NCBI GenBank assembly: GCA_046563655.1
Contig: CM102286.1
Span: 6,448,001-6,512,000 of the forward strand
Origin: Yuukianura sp. NJ FZ-2021
Taxonomy: Eukaryota
Length of the DNA stretch: 64,000 nt
Direction: 5' to 3'
This document shows, piece after piece, positions 27,401 to 40,900 of the stretch. The position numbers and the translations under genes were made by a program. The stretch's first letter is position 1; each line of letters begins with the position of its first letter. A model generated the notes under the pieces. It was given only the letters and a program-made list of their open reading frames with translations. It made no database searches and was not told the DNA's origin.

Positions 27401-30400
27401 TCTCATCCCCCAACTTTCACTTTCCCACACAAATTCTCGGATTTTATTCTCAGCTTTCAAAAACGACGCTCAGCTTACAAAAAGCTAAAAAAAAATGAAG
27501 ACATAAAATGAATTTGTCGTAAAAAAATTTGAAAATGGTAACAGTTACTCCCTCTCATTTCTAATCCAGCATTCGCCTGCTTTCTGTCATCCATGTTAGT
27601 AGCATTTTCTGCTTCATGCAAAATTAATGACGGTTCCATTGTAATAACCGACACAACCCTTACACCGCAGTTGATGTTGCAGAACATGACCCTGCCCCTG
27701 CCGTTGTCAGTGCCACAATACAGTAGTGCTTCGCCATTCAAAATATTCCTTCCGCTACATCGATTCTCCCGCATTTTTACGACTGTGAGCTGCATTTCCT
27801 TCTATTTTTTTTTACCTTGTTCAGAGAGCCTTAACTTTTTCCCCATGACCAGAAACACCGGAAATTCAACAATCTACAAGCGGAAGTTTGTTAAACTTTT
27901 TTTTAAAGTAAATAACTCTCTTTTTTTTCGTTAAAAAAATCCATTTTTTTTTGAAATTTTTTTTTAAATTTGAAATGCCCACGCCATATTCACTGTTGAA
28001 ACGCTTCACGTAGGTGCCAACACATTTTGAACAAACTTCGATTGGTACTTCTCAAACAAGCATCGACTTTATAACAGTTGTGAAGTTCAGAAAGCAGTTA
28101 GCTTTTTTAAGTTAACGTTGAACAAGATATACGACAGTATAGAGTATATTTGCCCAAACTTTCACTCTAAATAAATAATTAAAAACTTCTTAAATTGCTA
28201 CACCGATTAAATAATCTCACAACAAAATTCTGGACTGCGCAGTTAATAACTACCGCTTGATCACTAATTCAAGTTGACGAAATTGAACCAAATGGAGCCA
28301 AACTTTCACTTTGATTGATACTCTCTCCGCCCTCCTTTCTCCTTTACTAAGCCGACAATTGAATAAAGTAGATTTTCAAGGATTCACTTCCTTAGCCTCG
28401 CCCCTAACTGTCACTCCCCTACCCAACAAAGTTCCAAACAACTTTAGAATGGATTTCCAAAATTAATAAATGGAAGAGTTGACAAATTATGCCTGGAGAA
28501 AGTCCCAGCAATTTCCTAGTCCTATAGGTCCCATTCTCCTAAACAAGTCCGTCCACACCCACACACGTCCTCACAGTAGTTTGTTCTCGTAGCTCGTCCT
28601 CACGCTTCCTGAATTCCGAGGCAGTAAATGAAGAGACATCCAAATAACTTTCCCAGGGAAAGAGAAAAGTCAATAGAGACAAAGTTAAACACTGGCTAGA
28701 AAACGCTTCAAACAGACTACAAGGCACAGTGAAGTGAGAGTCCTTAATTTTCAATATGCCCTTTCCCAAAAAGTCAACCTACGTCCTACGTTCCTCCGTT
28801 CTCAAACGCTTCCTGACTTTTACGTTGCAGCATCCTTTTTGTTACTCAAATACGTTTTCTACTAAGAAATTGTTTTACAACTTTACTTTTTCATAACTTG
28901 ACTCGTTACAAACTTTTGTGGTCTTCGCAGTTATCATTTTAACCAAAAAAATCGGAAACCACCGTCATTTTTTAAACAACCACGTTCAAAAAATAGCAGC
29001 ACATCCGCCATTTCCTTAAAGTAACGACAGGGAAAACAACGTAAAAGTAACGGTTTTCAAAAACTTGAAAGCATTCGTGAGTTCTTGAAATTATCATTTT
29101 CAAAAAAAAACTGGACAGACATTTGGAGAGAATAGTTTTCCAGACTATTCATTTAAAAAAGTCTACGTTTTAGACGAGTAGACTTTTGATGAAAGTGTTA
29201 TTCGCTGTCTAGGTATCTAAAAACGTAATTTCCATTAGAAACTGTCGAAATAGGTCATAGAATATACTAAACTACCGTGCATTTGCAGATATTAAAGTCG
29301 CGTGTCCCAGACTTTTGAAAATTGCGCTCCTATCAATTGGTCAAAAAAAAATTCAATTTCTCCGCAATCTAAATGGAACTAGGACATGTTCAACTTTTCT
29401 GGATGAACATACGTTAAGCATTAGTATTCTTTTTGTATTTGACAATTGATTCACACGTAAATATTAAAAGATGAAGTGTGATAAATGGACGTATATTATT
29501 TTCAGAAAAATTGGAAAATGTGTTTTATCGGTGCCAAAGTCATAACTCTCACGTTAGGTTTAGTTTCTGTTTTAGCGTGTGCTTATTTTTTGTTTTCTTC
29601 TTACATACACCAAACGTCGTTTCCCAACATAAGTCCACAAAAATATATTTCACCCAGGATTTATTGACAACAAAAGACCTCCGACCCAACGAAGATTGAT
29701 TTTCCCATTCAATTTACCCTGAATTACAAAACCAAAATTCCATCCATATACATTTCTCTTCAAAATTTTCCAGAAATAGTGGATTTAAAACTAGGAAAAT
29801 GAAAATTGGCTTCAGTTTATGAAAGCTATCTAAAATCAACTATGACTTTATACTTACATTGAAGAGATTCAATTTCAATACAAAGCGGGTTTCTTTTGTA
29901 AAAAAGAGAAAGCGTTGGCTTATTCGTTGAAAGGGAATCTGCAAAAGTGTATTTGATACTTCCAACATTCTGATATGCTCTCATAGTCCATTGTCTGAAT
30001 TCAAACAAAAGAGATCTCTTGAATCCAAGCTATTTCTGAAATGATGATGCCTCGTTTGAAATCTAATACGACTAAATTTTGGAACATAAGGGCAATCAAA
30101 AGTCTCCCTCAAGCCATACAGTACTCAGTAACTCCCAGGCTCTTTCCTTTTTTTAAATAAAAAATGGCGCTGGATCTCTTACACTTGAAAACTTCAAAGT
30201 TGCGTAGAAGATTGATTTTGTTTGAACGGAAATGTAAAGCAGCCATGATTATACTTTGTGGTTAAAAGGGAAAAAATACACGGAAGTTTAAAAGAAGAAT
30301 AGTCTGAAAAAGGGAAAGTTCATTTGACGGGATAAACTAGACAGGAGAGAGAAAAGAACTGTTTTGGCACAAAAATGCAAAAACAACTTTCAAATCTAAA

Positions 30401-33400
30401 GTACTTTCCGCCTTCTTCCTGATCTAGGCCTCCTGCACCATTCTACTGCAAAGACGCTTTTTTTTTGTCAAAATGAAAAAAAACTTGAAGTTTGAAAAAC
30501 TGAAAATGTTGAAGTGACATCTAAAAGCAAATGCTTCCCGAATTCGACTTGAGCAGCGTCGACTTCCAGAGGAGAAAACCTCACTCAAAAAGTGTGAAAG
30601 TGACAGGCGAACGGAAAATCAAAGATTGCTTTCACCAATGTTGCGGCTACACAAACTTTTGTAGGGCAACATTCAACACAATTCTTACTACAGTAAAACG
30701 CCGGGCGCTCAACGGTTGTAAATTTCCGGCCAAAAGCACTGGGAATATTTCTACGCAATTTTCGTACACAATCTTCCAACACTTTTTAGACAAAATTGTG
30801 TTAGACATATTCCTCGTATTTACAAGTTCTAAAAACGCTCAAAAATGTTCAAAACTTTGGAATTTTCAGAAACTTGTCCAAAAAATTGCCTGAGGTAGTT
30901 TGAGTTTTATACATGACGAACGTTTGCGACGCCGTAAACAAAACCCCTCACGTTTTCCTTGTTTCAAAAAATGAGGCATGCACGCATTCATTTTTTTTAA
31001 ACTTTACTTTCTGAATATGACCTACTGAGAAGCAAACATCAAAAACTTACACCCAAGCTAAAACTATGGATTTCGTTCATAAAAAATTTCTTCCTACAGC
31101 GACGGCTACTAAAAGAAACACGCTCGCCTGAATTCTAACGCATGCGTAACCCTGTTTTGTATTCTCTGCACATGAGCATGACTACCTTGACATTTGAAAA
31201 GTAAGCTAAAATGTTTCTTTTGCTCTTGATTAATTGGAGGTGGAGGAGGGGCGGCTCAGAATTATAAGCATTGTAATTTTTACACCCCAAAATGTCACGC
31301 TACCCCTTCTCAAAAGCTTTGAAACACAAAATAGCGAAAGTTTGACCTCTCTCCGTCCTCATGCCCACGTTTTGCACAACACAACAGTAAGTCTATATTG
31401 CATGTAAACATGCAATAACTTTCGGAGTGACCCTGTCTCACGAATATACTTTTTGTATGAAGTATGATACCACAAGGAGATTAAATTTAGGCCATAAGCT
31501 CTCAAGAAAATATTTAGGAAATTATTCTCTTTCTAAAACGAACCATTTTTCAAAAGAAACTGTGCAGTATGAGCGGGAAACCTAAAGCCTGAAAGCCGAA
31601 CAAAGGAAAGCAGGCTTCTCCTTTTACATTTCCAAATTACTCGAAAAGAGAATCCGAAAGGGCAATTAATGTACGACTGAATTAATTGCTTTTTTAAGTA
31701 CCTGAGAACCAGATTCCAAAAGTAATTTTTTGGTACTCAGCATGCAACAAAAACAACTCCACATTTGAACCAGACAATAAGATTTTAAAGACCTGTTTTG
31801 ACAGTTTAGTTCCACTAAACTACTGAACTTGATTTTCTTTTTTAGCCCAAATATGGACATCAAATTGACGCAGAAGTGGAGCAAACTGCTCCCTGCATGC
31901 CACCAATAAAATAACATGTGGAATACATTGACTTTGACTTTCTCAAAACCCAAAATCTATTGCTCCACGGAACTAGTTAATCATTACTCCAAAACAAAAG
32001 AATTACTTTGATGATTGATGAAACATCTCGTCTTCTAGTAGACCTAGAAATCCACAGATCGAGAAACTGAAAATACTTTTTCATTGAATCCTACAATAAT
32101 CCAACGGAATAAGTAAAAGAACATACAAAAACGTAAAACTACAAAAACTGGAGACACTGAAGGTTTAAAAACTTAAAACATGGAGAAGAGAAACTGGAAA
32201 CATGCAGTTGAAAGCTAAAAGCATGCAAGTGTAAAAACGCAAAACCAAAAAAAGGCCCGAAAAGAGTAAAAACTAAAAGAAACTAAAAGTTCAAAAACTG
32301 AAAACCGAAAAAACTCCGTTTGAAGTAAACAGTTCATACTTTTAGTTTAGTTAATATTTCAGAGGTTTTTTTTTCTCGTGAAATTCTTTGAGGAAAAGAA
32401 GTGCGTTTTAAGAGAACGTGAATGGAGGTTTTCAAGAGAAAACTTTCTCGTTTGGTCGACTACCAGCGAAATAAATATTGGGGCGGAGAAAGTAGTTTTG
32501 CCAACTTGGAGTCGCAGTCGAAGCATATGCTCCGTGGATTGGATTATGATTTTAATTCTAGTCACATCATCTTCAAAAACCGAGAGGTAGAAACCTCCTT
32601 CTTCCCTTCCTACACATAAGTATAGCATTTTCGTACTAAAAGAGAGCTTCAATACCATCACATTTAGACTTCCGAATCCCAGAAAGACCCGAAAATCCAA
32701 CATTCCGAAAAAGGCGGGTAGCAGAGATCCCCAAAACTGGAACTAAAGAGTAAGTTGATTAGATTTAGGGATAACAAAATGGAGAGAGTGAGACACACGG
32801 AAGGAGGAAGATATAAAACCTTGTTTATTTGATCCTGGTTAATAGAATAAGAATGAATCCTAATTGCCCAGTTCTCCTAAATTAGCAATCTAGGAACATA
32901 ATTCTACGCTACGTTCAAAGAAACGCTAATTTCTTCCTCCCTAACTTAGTTTGCTCCATGCAGCATCCAACAAGAGAGCCTTTCCCAAAGAATAGTCAAA
33001 GCAAAACTTTGGAAAAATTCATTCACGCTTGGCTGACTAACAATATTGCAAAAAAACAAACTCCTATTCTCCGTCGGAAATCATTTCAAATACAAAATAG
33101 TTTACGACGTCATCAGTCACACAACCGACTCCAAATTACATCAAAAAATAAAAGTACGCGTCAGAATAGTACAAAACATGCCCGGTTTCCTTTTCTAGAA
33201 AAGAAACACAACGAAAAGAAAACTATCCAAAAAGAGCAAAAACGAAGAAAAATCTGGTTTCAGGTTTCACCAAAAATTTCTGTTTCGCGTGTTAAATAAA
33301 AACAAATCTAATTAAGTTAACAATTTTCATGTTTTCACAATCACCAAAACTTGAAAAATATAACTAAAATTGTGATAATGCTGTCTATGATCTGTCAGTT

Positions 33401-34177
33401 TTAGCCTTTCAACACTTAAAATGCCACACCATTTATTTTTGAAAAGCACAAAGAAGAAATCCACTTCACTTTGAAGAGGATACTTGAGTGACCCTTGACC
33501 CGGAACTGTCCCCATCACTCACTGCGTTTACACTTTCTTCGGTTAGGTTAGGTTCAGCTTATTTTTCCTAGGAAAAGCGTTTTACGGATCCTCACAGCCT
33601 TTGGCAGCATCCGTTTTCAATTTCTAAATCCTCTCCAGCCATAATTTATTCTCATTTGTTTGCAATGTGTGGAACTAAAAGGACTAGGGAAGTCCTTACT
33701 CGAAGTTCTTATTTAAATTTTGGACGCAAGAGCAGCCCAAAGGAAGGAAGTCTCCTTGTGCATGTCAATTTAAGCAGGGAACTAATTTATCTCTTGGGAC
33801 AACTTTCCCCCTACAAAAGGAAGAAACTATAAGGGCCCCTGGGAATGGAATAAAGGCCTTCTCGTACAAAACAGACAGTTCACAAAAGCTTTTCAATTTG
33901 AAAAAGTTTCTAGGAACAAAAGTTTAAAACAAAATATTAAATGCAGATCCATCAACTTCTCTAAAACGCTCTTCAAAACTTCAAAACAACCAAAAGTTCT
34001 GGAGTGCTCCGAGTTCCGTTGAAGGATTACCCCATTCTAGGGTTAAGTACCCCTCTCTTGACATTGAAACTTGGCCAACAACCGTTAAGGGTCCAAGTTC
34101 ACCCAAACAGGCCCTTAACCTTATCTAACACGTCCATTCAATTTTTGAGAACCAAACAAGGTCAAGAGGTCACTTAC

Positions 34178-34483
34178 CGAGCAACCTTCATCAGACTCAG
34201 GATCAGAGTCCTCCTCATCGTCTTCCTCCTCTTCGTCACTGTTGCTAAGCAACGACCGTTTTTGCTGGTCTGGACGTGGTCTGCGCGTTCTACTGTCAAT
34301 GTCAACTACACCTTGGCGTTTTGGACTCAAAAAATTGTAGGTCGACTGAACAAGTTCTACCCGAACGTGTCCGTTTTGTTTCGGAGTAAACGGCCGTACA
34401 ACCACTTTCTTTGTGTCACGGTTCACTTTGAGGAGGCAAGTTTTGCCAAGGGACACTGGCGGTTGATACATGCATGTCAACAT
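34178..34483 (-). CDS. ASPP: Alternative first coding exon of ASPP (102 codons, MLTCMYQPP...SDEEEEDDEEDSDPESDEGCS)
   Basis: ATG preceded by an in-frame TGA, coding-like composition with an acidic tract, and a phase-0 donor TCG|gtaagt compatible with the exon starting at 11308. Confidence 0.7.
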
Positions 34484-34963
34484 TATGACTGGCTGGCCTC
34501 AAATGTGTAACTTAAGAGAGGTAATTAGCACGTATTCACTTGGGCAAGAGAGAAAGTTAGTTATGTCCTTTGTACCTTCGCTAATGAAAACTTCACTTCC
34601 TTTGATTACAGAAGCATTACAAGTAATAAATTAAAAGTTACAATTTTACTTTCATAACTTTCTGCCAATTAACTCAAGTTAAGTTGTGTTAACGGTTCTT
34701 GTGAACAAGGTTATTGGCCTCAAAAAGTTGTTTCAAATTGCTCTCAACTTCTCAAGTGAGGTTCGTGACAGTAGTATCAAAAGATTTCAGCAACGAAAAA
34801 ATGGCGCAAAAACAGGGGTAACCGCTCAGTGGTTATTAAAATAGGCTCTAAAATTTGAAATATTTTTTAAAAATTCAATAGGGAGAACTACTCTTTTTTT
34901 AATGTTGTGTGGCCACTTTTAATTTCTTTGGAATCAAGAGCGAGCGGTACGAGAGAAAGCTAA

Positions 34964-34969
34964 GAATGA
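34964..34969 (-). promoter_or_regulatory. Candidate arthropod initiator (TCATTC) for the proximal ASPP isoform
   Basis: TCAKTY match ~485 nt upstream of the ATG at 34483, followed by CTCTCGTACCGCTCGCTC. A short motif, so support is weak. Confidence 0.35.
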
Positions 34970-37900
34970 CCTGCAGCGGCCACGTCCCCGTTCAAACTGC
35001 TTTCTCTGCCTGTTCAAACACTAGTTTTTTAGCCACCACCTGCTCGAGCCTTCTAGTTTCTAGCTGCTGACTAGCTTCAGCAGAGCTGCTCAGTCTGCTC
35101 AGTACTTTGGCTGTTCGTCTACTAAAAGCTTTCTATCCCAAACAGTTTCTACTAAAAGTTTCAAAGCTCTTACCTCTCTCCACGGCCACCGACTTACACA
35201 ACTACAAAAACTTACCCAAAAAACAACAATTTTTTGGTATAAAACTTTAGTTTTTTGTCCTTTTGAAGGAAAAGAAAAAGAAAAGACAAATACGGTACGT
35301 GCGCAAAGTGTTTACACAACGTACAAACTGTACAAAATGGTTCCAAAATTTATCAAAAATGTTGAAACTTATGCAATCACCTTATTACGAACAAGAAATG
35401 TCACTTTTCCTTTTTAAATTATGAGAATCTCCTTAATGATATGCAATAATTACACGCAGTTTTCTTATACTGTTGACACGATTGTAACCTTTGATGGTAT
35501 AAACTGGGTGGTGGCGGCAACTTTACAAAAAAAAACTTTTCAGCCCAATTAAACTAACTTTTAGGAAATATTTTATAAAGTTGTTCTGTTACTCGTACTC
35601 ATAATCAAAATGCCTTATAGTACACGTTGTACACATTATTATGGTACACTCAGTACATTAGACTCACTGACCTCAAAAACTTCCTGCGGGCCATCATCCC
35701 AGTTCATGTTATGCAAACCTAACATGTTAATAACGACTTTCCAAAACCCTATACTTTGTAACAATTTAACTCCTACACGTCTCGTCTAAACTAATTCCAC
35801 GTGGAACAAAACTTTCACTTTATCAAAATTTGGAAATTTTACAATTTACAACTTACGACTGTCTGGTCAGTACTCCACTTCCTCAACTCAAAAATTTTCT
35901 GTCATCCACACATTCATTTTTGATTCCAAAAATGGATTCCCCATAACTTTCGGCCTCCTTTTCACTCAAACTGTACAATTCGATTCTGTAATTATTTTGA
36001 GCCCATATGTGACAATTAGGGGGGATTTGTGGTCAAATTATTATAGTAATAGTCCCCAAACGGCCTTTAAAAGTTGCAGCAAGGTTCAAAAGCTTCGCGC
36101 CAGTCTGTCTGGCTAAAGTGCAAAAGTTGTTTGTGGTTTTGCGAAATGTACGTAAAGAACGCTTCTTTGCGTAAAGAAAACGCAAATAAGTTGCCAAGTT
36201 TACACAAAGCCTCTTTTGTATTCATTCCCATCTGCTGAGTCTTTAATGCCTTTGGTACTAACAAAGCCGCTCTCCTTAGCTTCTTCCTTGCTAAATGCCT
36301 TCCATCTTTAGAGGCAACGTAATAATAATAAAAGAATAAAATTTTATTATACCTAAATCTCAGTTGCAAATTTCCCAACATTTTCTAATCCTTGTGGTTA
36401 GCGCTGGGCGCATTCGCTGTAACCTTCTTTTTGTTGTGCTAAAAGTTACACTTTCCATTTTCAACCAAACAAGATTCTTTTCAAAACCTGCAAAAAGACA
36501 AACTTTAAAAAAAAACTTGTAGCGATCTTTTTGAGGTAATAAATCCAATGCTTTAACATAAGTGGTAAGCAGACGTGCCTACGCATTATGCGAAGATGAC
36601 TCGCATCAATTATTTACGAACACACGCACGATGTCGTAACATCCGGTTTCAACAATTCCGTTTCCTCTTGCCTAATTTCCTTTTAAAAATCTTTAAAAAT
36701 GGAAATAAATCCTGTTGCAACACTCTTTACAACTCGAGAGACTCCTGCGCACATGTCTATTCAGCACCCCATCCGAAATGACCCATAACTTATTTAACAA
36801 AACATTATTCCAAATGACCCATGACTTTAACAAAGCACAGATTGCAACATGTTTCGTTGTCCCAAGTATTATTTTGGGGTCATGTCATGCATTTGACTAG
36901 AGGTTAAACTTCAAAAAAAGCAATAACATTCTCTTTCTTTCGAAGATGTTGCTTCGTAATCGTGATGTTGCGACTTTGAAAGAAATTAGTAACGCACTTT
37001 CTTGGCACAATTCGAACTTCAAACTGGGAAATACCATGACTCACTTTAGTTATATTTTAGACTTTAAAAAAACTGGCATTTTCAAAATAAAATCACGGTC
37101 CAAATATAGTATCTACATTTTTTTGTCTCCTAAAGATCAGGATCTATGGAAACATTCAATTTTTCCAGCAACATTTTCGAAACAGCAAACGTATCGAACG
37201 CATTGAACCGAAAGCTGCATCTTCGTCTGAAAACTCAAACCATCGTCCGATACGGCACTCCACTTCTGAACTGTTTTTCTCACCAAAATATTAGTAGTAT
37301 CAAAAAAGACTTTAGGGTCCGATGGCTTCTGGCTTTTCAAAGTGCTTGGAAATATTGGAAATCTATAGCCTGCATCAGCAGCATCTTCAATCACATCTTC
37401 CAAAAAAATTGAAAAAATTCCTCTTTTGTTTCTTGTCTCTTGTTTTCAAAATAGTTCTAAATTAGACCCTCAAAACACTCAAGACTACACAAAATCGAAA
37501 CATCAACTTTCTGTTTGAACAAACCAATCCAGAGATAGCACATCCTTTCTGTGAAAATGGAATGAAAGTTCATGATTTTACATTTCAATTCTCCGATCGA
37601 TTTAACCAATCAATTCCATTAACCCACGTCTTGTGGTATTTCACCATACTAGAAAAGCTTTTCTTCATGCTTCATGGTTTGTGTCAATACTGATTTACTA
37701 AGATTCGGAAATTGGATCTTAACCCAAATACATTTGAAGTTCCCCACTCTAACTTAACGTTAAAGAGTCAAAAGTTGCCTTAATCAGACAGAGGAAGGAG
37801 AGAACCGCAATGCTTTCTCATTTCCTCGTAGTGCTTTCACTCCCGGGTAAAAACTCTGCAAGAAAGTAAAGAATTGAAAGGAAACTGATGAAAATGAGGA

Positions 37901-40900
37901 GAAAAGTCCCTTGGGCCCTTAGACAAATAGCCTCTACTTTCCCTCTCCACTTTAAAATCATCCCTTATTCCTCCGTTTAGGCAACAACACATGACCCTTA
38001 ACTCTCCCGCTGCACAAAATGTCATTATTTTGGATCCATTGTGTTACAACTTCAAAAGAAAATCCGAAACCATATAGTTTAGTACAAAAAAAAACTGAAA
38101 ACATGAGAAAAAACCTGAGATGGAAAAAAAACTGAAAAGGATCATGAGAGATGAAAAGTGAAAACTGAAAAAACGAGAAAACCGAAAACTAAAAACGAAG
38201 ACGCTGAAAACTGGAAAATGATGAGAACCGAAAATTGCGTATGATGAAAACCGAAACTGCGAAATACAAAAACAGAAAGCTTTTTAGTTTTTCTTTCATT
38301 TTCTAAAACGTCTTTATCTCGACAAAGGAAGAAGATGCATCCCGTATATATCCTTAAGGCCTTTGTAAGTTCCAAGTTTTCCATTTTCAACTTGTGTCTT
38401 GTCTCGAATGTCATTACAGTTTTTTTTTTCGTTTTTTTAAAGTCACCAAAAGAAAATCACCCGCGTCTAATGATGTCTCCCGGAGATCAAACTTCACTTC
38501 AGCAGCAGCCCTCCCTGATTCTAACTCCAACTCAAAACGGAACAAAAGTTTTTAGTGTTTTTTAAAAGGTTTAAAAGTTTAAAACAAAACTTTGTTATCC
38601 TTGCGTCCTTATCCTCTCAAAAAGCAAAAGATCTTCTGAAAATGAGTGTATTGACTCCAATGCCCTTGCGTGGCGGAAATAATACGTTTCAGTAACCGTT
38701 ATGAGGTCACAGAGTACAAAGGACCTGGTTTGACCTTAAACCTTATTCCATCCATCACAGAAAAGGGATTTGACCCCCAAAATCCTTTGGTTGGTGTTAA
38801 TTTGACGTTTCAAATAAAAGTGTAATAAAAGTCCCGCAAAGTTTTTGCGCTCTGGTGATACCATAAAAATGTAGAGCACTTTGTTCAGATCTGTTGCTTC
38901 AGAAAAACTTGCTCAAGGTGTCTTGCTATATACTTGTGTTATTAATCTTTGATTTCCATGGGATAACTTTAATTGTACACCATTAAACAGGGCTTAAAAC
39001 CGCAACAACTTCCAAATACGGTCGTTCTCGCCAACTTGCTTTTAATTTCATCATCTTTGGTTTGCTCTACTTGCACCTAAGCTTCAAAAAAATACCGGAA
39101 ACTTCCAAGTAGCAAAGCCCAACCAAACTTTATCACAAGCATAAGAAAAACCAAAACAAAACTCAGGCAAAACCCAGACAAAAAAGTTTTAATTTTTTCG
39201 CTCAATGCGGAAATTTACGATAGACCAACTTAATCGTTTCAAATTGTGCAAAAATTTGTACTGTAAAGGTGGCAGATCGCTAAGGGATTTGCTGCTCCAC
39301 TTTTGCAATTTGAGACAGGCGCTAATTTCAAAATTCAAAATTCCCTCACTAATGGGTTAAACTTCCCCGTTAGTTCTGCGAAACCTTTCATTTTAGAAAT
39401 TCTATGCCCAGATTATGAAAATATATGTTTCCCAAATGTATTTTACGATACGCTATAATAGAGAAGCATGGCGTCCTTGTACTTTATTTTTTGCTAACTA
39501 ATATTTGATAAATCACTGGAGCACACATGAATTACGACTCCCACTGGAGTTGAAACCTCCAGAAAAACTATAGTGCTCTCAATTCCATAAACCAACTTAT
39601 GCCCTGCGCACATTTCTTTTAATGACAGTCATTTTCGAAAAAAGTTTGGCATAAATAGATTTTATCTGCCTCGGGTTTAAATGAAATAGCTACTGCATAG
39701 CCACTTGAGATCAATAAATTGATCACCGATTTCAGCAAAACCAAAGGAAATACGACAAAACCCAACCAAAACAGCCAAAAAGGTTCCCTCTTCAAAAACA
39801 TTTGGCACATTGAACCACAACCAACAAAAATATGACAGGAAAATCTTGAATCAACAACCTTGGTTGACAGAAATCCTACTCTCACAAAAACCGTTTTTAG
39901 AAAGAAGATCAAAATTTGCAAAGAAACTAAAATAAAACAGTCCAGAAACCTAGAAACAGAAAAATGGAATAGAAAATTCACGAAATAGAACACGTTTGTC
40001 ATGAACTGAGGGAAAAATCATTTAGCGTAAATCCGCCTTACGATGACATTTTTCGTGAAACATTTGACGTATTATACAGAAGACCTAAAGCTCTTTCCAG
40101 TCTCACAAAAGATGATTTGAAAAAAGATTTGTTCCAAACCTAATTTCCGTATGCAATGTACTTTTCTTCCTGATTCCTCAAAAGTTCCTGAACTTAAACC
40201 TTCTTTAGTCTATAACAGAAATAGAAAGAAAGAAATGGCGCCTGAACATCGCAAATTGTATTTTGAGGAGACAAAGACAATTCAGGAACTTGCGGATGAA
40301 ACGCCTGCAGAATAATTCATGAACCAGACACGCGCAAGGGGTGTAACAATCGTCTGTTCAAATGTCTACCTACGTTACGTTGTTTCTAAAATTAAACATG
40401 TCAATTCTGCAAACAAAATCAATTAACTTCTCTCACCTTTTGTCAACACTAATAAACAAAAAAGTTTCTCTTAAACGCATCGCTCAAAATGAAGATGCGC
40501 TCTTGCATACTTAAAAATCTTGCGCCACAAACTTTTTCATCTGTCGTAAGATCATTTGTTTTCATCAAAATTTATTGCATGGTTTGTCTATTATTGTCAA
40601 CTGTCAATGACCACAGATTTGTGTCGGAGATAAACAAGGACATAGTACAAGACTCCATTCATACACAAAGAGACAAGTCGATGATGGCAGTCGCGCCAAC
40701 ATTCAAAAACCTCCATTCCAAAGATCACAGATTGCAGGTTGGCGCCACACCTAAAGTGACTTAAGACATTCTTAACTTTAAAGGTTAATGAAGGAGGCAA
40801 AACCGTTTTGCTTTTCCTCAAAATTATGTGCACTACTGCTTCAAAAATTTGAAAATTATGCTACAAAGTGCTTAAAAATGAAAAATCGGCAAACGTTCTA

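Noticed and set aside
32120..32320. AAAACTG-rich tracts (also ~38090-38280 and ~51240-51420)
   Set aside because: Degenerate low-complexity sequence with no definable unit or termini.
34004..34510. 168-aa plus-strand ORF
   Set aside because: Antisense shadow of the alternative ASPP first exon; non-ATG start, and its hydrophobic run is the complement of the acidic codons.
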